A stretch of DNA of 64,000 nucleotides from an uncultured Acidimicrobiaceae bacterium (GTDB lineage: Bacteria > Actinomycetota > Acidimicrobiia > Acidimicrobiales > SZUA-35). The DNA is taken from contig CAYGQE010000028.1 in assembly GCA_964351995.1 (NCBI GenBank), positions 3,980 to 67,979 of the forward strand. The letters are read 5' to 3'. Positions 59,054-64,000 of this stretch are shown here, in pieces. The notes below the pieces were generated by a model, which worked only from the letters and a program-made list of their open reading frames with translations, was not told where the DNA came from and ran no database searches. Numbering within the stretch: the stretch's first letter is position 1; each line of letters begins with the position of its first letter. Position numbers and translations under genes: made by a program.

Positions 59054-60454
59054 ATGAAACGCAAGTTGTTCACAGCTGGGGCAGGCGCAGTAGCGCTCCT
59101 CGGACTGTTCGCCGGCACAGCCGGCGCCCAAGATGCCGAAGTTTACGAATGGACCACCCAGGACATTCTGGACAACACGTGGATCCTGATTGCTGCGGTC
59201 CTGGTGCTCTTCATGCAGGCCGGCTTCGCCTTGGTCGAGACGGGCATGACCCGGACCAAGAACGCCGGCAACATCATGATGAAGAACATGATGGACCTGT
59301 CGCTTGCAGGCATTGGCTTCTTCGTTGTCGGTTACGCCATTGCGTTCGGTGGTGCCGATTCTGACATCGCTGGCTTGGTCGGTACCGAGGGCTTCTTCCT
59401 CAAGGGCCTCGGCGACTACGAGGGAGGGCTCTCCACCGAGACGTTCTTCATCTTCCAGGTCGCCTTCGCCGGCGCTGCAGCCACCATCGCTTCCGGCGCC
59501 ATGGCAGAGCGGACGAAGTTCTGGAGCTACGTGGTGTTCGCCATCGTCATGACCAGCTTCATCTACCCAGTGGTCGTGCACATGTTCTGGGGTGGCGGTC
59601 TCATCGCTGACCTCCAGATCGGCAACGCGAAGTTCGGCGACTTCGCCGGATCGACGATCGTCCACTCTGCTGGTGGTTGGGCTGCCCTCATGGGTGCGCT
59701 CTTCCTCGGACCACGCCTTGGCAAGTACGACAAGGACGGCAACCCCCGAGCGATCCCCGGTCACTCGATGCCGCTGGCCATCACCGGTGTGTTCATTCTC
59801 TTCATCGGTTGGTTCGGCTTCAACGGCGGCTCTGAGCTCGCCGCTGATGAGTTCGTCCCTGGCATCTTCGTCACCACGTTCCTGGCTGCCGTTGCTGGCG
59901 CCATCGGTGCCACTGCTGCCATCACCGCCATCACCAAGAAGCCTGATGTGGGCATGGCTGGCAACGGCTTGCTCGCTGGCCTCGTCAGCATCACCGCCGG
60001 TACCGGCACCATCACCCCCGTTGGTGCGGTCATTGTTGGCTTCATCGGCGGCGGTCTCGTCGTTGCCTCGGTCATCTTCATCGATCGCAAGGGCATTGAC
60101 GATCCGGTCGGCGCAGTCAGCGTCCACGGCGTCTGCGGCGTCTGGGGCACCCTCGCTGTTGGCCTGTTCGCTGTGAACGGCGATGCCTTCGTCGACGCAG
60201 CCTTCCCGCTCGAGGACGGCACGGAGTACACCGCTTCCGGTCTGTTCTACGGCGGCGGCATCAACCAGCTTCTGGTCCAGCTCGCCGGTGTTGTCATCGT
60301 CGCTGCTTGGGTCTTGATCACGACCGGCATTCTCTTCAGCGTCTTGAAGGCCACCATGGGCCTCCGAGTGAGCGAACAAGAAGAGCGTGAAGGCCTTGAC
60401 GTCCACGAACACGGCGCACCGGGCTACGCTCCCGATGTCACCGTCTCGGTCTGA
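59054..60454 (+). CDS. amtB: Ammonium transporter
   Basis: FMQAGF, DFAGSTIVH, GWFGFNGGS and DDPVGAVSVHG. Confidence 0.97.
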   Translation: MKRKLFTAGAGAVALLGLFAGTAGAQDAEVYEWTTQDILDNTWILIAAVLVLFMQAGFALVETGMTRTKNAGNIMMKNMMDLSLAGIGFFVVGYAIAFGGADSDIAGLVGTEGFFLKGLGDYEGGLSTETFFIFQVAFAGAAATIASGAMAERTKFWSYVVFAIVMTSFIYPVVVHMFWGGGLIADLQIGNAKFGDFAGSTIVHSAGGWAALMGALFLGPRLGKYDKDGNPRAIPGHSMPLAITGVFILFIGWFGFNGGSELAADEFVPGIFVTTFLAAVAGAIGATAAITAITKKPDVGMAGNGLLAGLVSITAGTGTITPVGAVIVGFIGGGLVVASVIFIDRKGIDDPVGAVSVHGVCGVWGTLAVGLFAVNGDAFVDAAFPLEDGTEYTASGLFYGGGINQLLVQLAGVVIVAAWVLITTGILFSVLKATMGLRVSEQEEREGLDVHEHGAPGYAPDVTVSV

Positions 60455-60471
60455 GATCCAGGGGGATCTGA

Positions 60472-60813
<342 letters not shown>

Positions 60814-60861
60814 CGCTGGCCAGCCCTTCGGGTCGAGCAACAACTGAACAGCAAGCGTGAC

Positions 60862-60887
60862 CGGGCGGGCCAGCGATGGCCCGCCCG
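60862..60887 (+). terminator. Putative terminator hairpin after glnK
   Basis: CGGGCGGGCCA-GCGA-TGGCCCGCCCG, 11-bp perfect stem. Confidence 0.6.
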
Positions 60888-60984
60888 ATTCGCGCCCAAA
60901 CCACGGGTTTCTGACCGTCAGTTTCGATGGTCGCGGCCCCGGGTTGTGCTCAAGAACTGTGCTCGAGCAGTCGATGGCCACGTC

Positions 60985-61290
60985 ATGACCGTGATCGATG
61001 TTTCGCCAGTTGACTCAGCGAAGAGTCTCGAGACGCAGGGTCGGAAGTGGCTGGCGATCTCGTTCATCTTCTGCCCCTGCCACTTGCCGCTGATCATGGC
61101 GGTGCTTGGTGTCGTGTTCGGTGGCAGCGCCTTGGGAGCGTTGATTGGCCGAAACACGCTTGCGGTCGGACTGGTGTTCGGTGTCGTCTACGTTGCGCTG
61201 CTCGGTGTCGGATTCCGACATCTCCGGGCGGCGACCAAAAGGACCGACTGCAGCACCGGCGAGTGCGAAGTCTTGTTCTCGAAACCCTGA
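60985..61290 (+). CDS. Small MerE-like membrane protein
   Basis: CPCHLP in TM1 and a C-terminal CxxGxC. Confidence 0.55.
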   Translation: MTVIDVSPVDSAKSLETQGRKWLAISFIFCPCHLPLIMAVLGVVFGGSALGALIGRNTLAVGLVFGVVYVALLGVGFRHLRAATKRTDCSTGECEVLFSKP

Positions 61291-61415
61291 TTCCGGCTGT
61301 TCAGTTTGGGGGTCATGCCCGATTCTGCAACCGACCGCCGTCGTAGGTTCAGCGACACACCACTAGCTCGCCACTTCCGGTTCGAGTCTTGAAGCGCTGC
61401 TTGTAGCGTCGCCGG

Positions 61416-62618
61416 GTGACCGATTCCGCTGTCGAAAAGCAGACCAGTAGCCCACTGCTCACGATCCTCGTCTTCGCAGCTTTGTCGGCCACGCTTTCCA
61501 GCGGCTACGGCGTGCTCTTCACCGTGGTCGGCGATTTCCGATCTGAGTACGACATCAGCGAGGCCATGGTCGGTTTCATCATCGGCATCGGCTTCTTCGC
61601 TGGATTCTTAGCTCAAGTTTTCATCGCGCCGATCGGCGATCGTGGCAGAGCTCGACAAGTCGTTGCCTTCGGAGTCCTCATCAATGTGGTTGGTCTCATC
61701 CTGATCGGCATCGGCGGCAGCGTGGAACTGATTTTGCTCGGCCGGTTTATCTCTGGGATTGGGATCGGGTCCGCTGCGCCGGCGATTCGCCGGATCGTGA
61801 TCCTGGTCGATCCGGCGAACCTCGGGCGCAATCTCGGTTGGCTGCTCTCAGCTGATGTGTTCGGTTTTGCTCTCGGTCCAGCGGTTTCTGCGGTTCTCGT
61901 TGGCCCGTTTGGCCTCGCCGCACCGTTTCTCGTGATCGCGGCCCTCGCACTGATGCTGCTGCCCAACCTGTGGAGGGTCAACGTCAGAGAAGACAAGGCA
62001 GCGACCGCTCAACGGCTTGCCCTTGACCTCCTGTCAGACAAAGCGGTGGCCGGCGGTGTGATGCTTGGCGCCGGTGTGTTCTTGATGATCGGCGGCTTCG
62101 ACGCACTTTGGGACGTTGTTCATGAAGACCTCGGAACGAATGACTTCATCGCCAACCTCGGCATCACCTTGTTCGCTCTTCCGCTGATCTTCCTGGGTCC
62201 CTATAGCGGCGTCCTTGCGCAGCGGGTCGGGCCGTTCATCATGGGTTCGATCGGCCTCGTTGCCGGAGCGTTCTTCATGACGTCCTACGGTCTTTTGCCA
62301 AGTGGCAACTGGATCTTTGCGTTTGCCATGTTCCATGCGGTCACCGATGGGCTCACGATCGCTGCCTCCGGTGTTGCCATCGGCCTTGCCGTGTCAGACG
62401 AGCGCCAGGCTGGGGCTCAGGGGCTGATCGGTGCTGCGCAGGCGATCACCGCTGGAACGACGGCGATCGTGGTTGGTGCGCTGTACGGCAGCGCTGGTCG
62501 GTTCGTGGCGTACAGCGCAACGGCGGCGGGCATTCTCGTCTGCGTAGCCATTGCGCTCTACTTGGGCCGCGATTTCCGGAGGGAAAGGAAAGCCGCAGCT
62601 GTTGCTGCCGCCAGCTGA
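61416..62618 (+). CDS. MFS transporter
   Basis: About twelve TM segments, GDRGR loop motif and GRFISG. Confidence 0.88.
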   Translation: MTDSAVEKQTSSPLLTILVFAALSATLSSGYGVLFTVVGDFRSEYDISEAMVGFIIGIGFFAGFLAQVFIAPIGDRGRARQVVAFGVLINVVGLILIGIGGSVELILLGRFISGIGIGSAAPAIRRIVILVDPANLGRNLGWLLSADVFGFALGPAVSAVLVGPFGLAAPFLVIAALALMLLPNLWRVNVREDKAATAQRLALDLLSDKAVAGGVMLGAGVFLMIGGFDALWDVVHEDLGTNDFIANLGITLFALPLIFLGPYSGVLAQRVGPFIMGSIGLVAGAFFMTSYGLLPSGNWIFAFAMFHAVTDGLTIAASGVAIGLAVSDERQAGAQGLIGAAQAITAGTTAIVVGALYGSAGRFVAYSATAAGILVCVAIALYLGRDFRRERKAAAVAAAS

Positions 62619-62834
62619 CCGTCAGGCGTAGCTGATGGCGTCAAGCACGTTCAGCCGTGATGCTCGGCGGGCCGGGAGCGCTGCGGCCAGCAGGCCAGCG
62701 AATCCACAGACCGCCACCAGAATGGCGATGCGGCTGAACGGGAATGCCAGAGTTGAAACGAAAGAGTCGGGAAGTCCTGAGAACCTCGAGGTGGAGGCCC
62801 GATTAGATTTGTGTCCAATCTCACACTCATCAAA

Positions 62835-62855
62835 GTTGATGGTGGTACACTCAAC
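62835..62855. promoter_or_regulatory. HAIR-like HspR operator
   Basis: GTTGATG-N7-ACTCAAC versus consensus CTTGAGT-N7-ACTCAAG, upstream of dnaK. Confidence 0.55.
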
Positions 62856-62988
62856 TAGTTATCATCTGTCCAACGTTGCCGATACTGTGACCAACTTCCG
62901 GTCGATTCGGCCGCAGATCTCGTTCACATCAACGAACCCCAAACCGATGCACTCGCGCATCAAGAAACCCCGAAAGAGGAACCCTCCC

Positions 62989-64000
62989 ATGGCAAAAGCT
63001 GTAGGCATCGATCTCGGTACCACCAACTCCGTCGTCGCCGTTCTCGAGGCTGGCGAGCCCGTCGTCATCGCCAACGCCGAGGGCCAGCGCACCACCCCGT
63101 CAGTCGTCGCGTTCAGTAAGGACGACGCCGAAGTGCTGGTTGGCGAAGTTGCCAAGCGTCAGGCCATCACGAACCCCGACCGCACCATTCGCTCGGTGAA
63201 GCGTCACATGGGCACCAACTGGACCGTCGACATCGACGGCAAGAAGTACAACTCCCAGGAGATCAGCGCTCGCACGCTGATGAAGCTCAAGCGCGATGCC
63301 GAGGCCTACCTCGGTGAGGCCGTTACTCAGGCCGTCATCACTGTCCCCGCCTACTTCGACGATGCCCAGCGCACCGCCACAAAGGAAGCCGGCACGGTCG
63401 CAGGGCTCGAAGTCCTGCGCATCATCAACGAGCCCACTGCAGCCGCTCTGGCTTACGGCCTCGAGAAGGACAACGACGACCAGACCATCCTCGTGTTCGA
63501 CCTCGGTGGCGGCACCTTCGACGTCTCCGTCCTCGAGATCGGCGATGGCGTCTTCGAGGTGAAGAGCACCTCTGGAGACACCCAACTCGGTGGCGACGAC
63601 TGGGACGAAGCCATCATCAACTGGATGGTCTCCCAGTTCAAGAACGCTCACGGCGTCGATCTCGGGGCCGACAAGATGGCCGCTCAGCGTCTCAAGGAAG
63701 CTGCCGAGAAGGCCAAGATCGAGCTCTCGCAGACCCAGAGCACCTCGATCAACCTTCCGTTCATCACCGCCACTGCTGACGGCCCGCTCCACCTCGAAGA
63801 GACACTGTCTCGCTCGAAGTTCCAGGAGCTCACCTCCGACCTGCTTGCTCGGGTGAAGAAGCCCTTCGAGGCAGCCATCAAGGACGCTGGTCTCAAGCAG
63901 TCCGACATCGATCACGTCGTCATGGTGGGCGGCTCGACCCGCATGCCCGCCGTCACCGAGCTCGTCGAGTCGATGACCGGCAAGGAAGCCAACAAGACCG
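62989..64000 (+). CDS. dnaK: Chaperone DnaK, 3'-partial and absent from the ORF track
   Basis: [44 protein letters not shown] and VGGSTRMP. Confidence 0.98.
   Translation, partial: MAKAVGIDLGTTNSVVAVLEAGEPVVIANAEGQRTTPSVVAFSKDDAEVLVGEVAKRQAITNPDRTIRSVKRHMGTNWTVDIDGKKYNSQEISARTLMKLKRDAEAYLGEAVTQAVITVPAYFDDAQRTATKEAGTVAGLEVLRIINEPTAAALAYGLEKDNDDQTILVFDLGGGTFDVSVLEIGDGVFEVKSTSGDTQLGGDDWDEAIINWMVSQFKNAHGVDLGADKMAAQRLKEAAEKAKIELSQTQSTSINLPFITATADGPLHLEETLSRSKFQELTSDLLARVKKPFEAAIKDAGLKQSDIDHVVMVGGSTRMPAVTELVESMTGKEANKT

Noticed and set aside
58943-60412. 489-aa minus-strand ORF
   Set aside because: Antisense shadow of amtB caused by GC3 bias.
63100-63915. 271-aa minus-strand ORF
   Set aside because: Antisense shadow of dnaK; the real gene is on the plus strand.

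Overview
High-GC actinobacterial DNA; the gene content suggests Acidimicrobiia (inference). The left part (1-24 kb) is accessory redox and catabolic genes: a DUF222-HNH pseudogene broken by a 90-bp MITE-like insert, icd divergent from a Rieske-fused glutamate-synthase-domain gene, TetR/F420 and MarR/pirin modules with visible operators, and an oxygenase-rich operon (three IPNS-type dioxygenases, a Rieske oxygenase, a P450 and a stand-alone MgsA-C-like protein) facing a deaminase. The centre (about 26.1-48.6 kb) is a tandem array of elements integrated at tRNA-Gly(CCC). It comprises a ~19 kb integrative mobilizable element (tyrosine integrase, MOBF relaxase, TIR-phosphoesterase plus DUF4062-TPR pair, Rieske-TPP/Rieske-GltB/egtBD cargo) and two integrase-less islets (an AlbA_2/Schlafen protein; a TA pair), bounded by progressively decayed att copies. 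The right part (48.6-64 kb) looks like core genome: dcd, a FadF-like Fe-S oxidoreductase, an SPFH operon, amtB-glnK, an MFS transporter and the start of dnaK. Domain calls are from motif recognition by eye; no searches were run.
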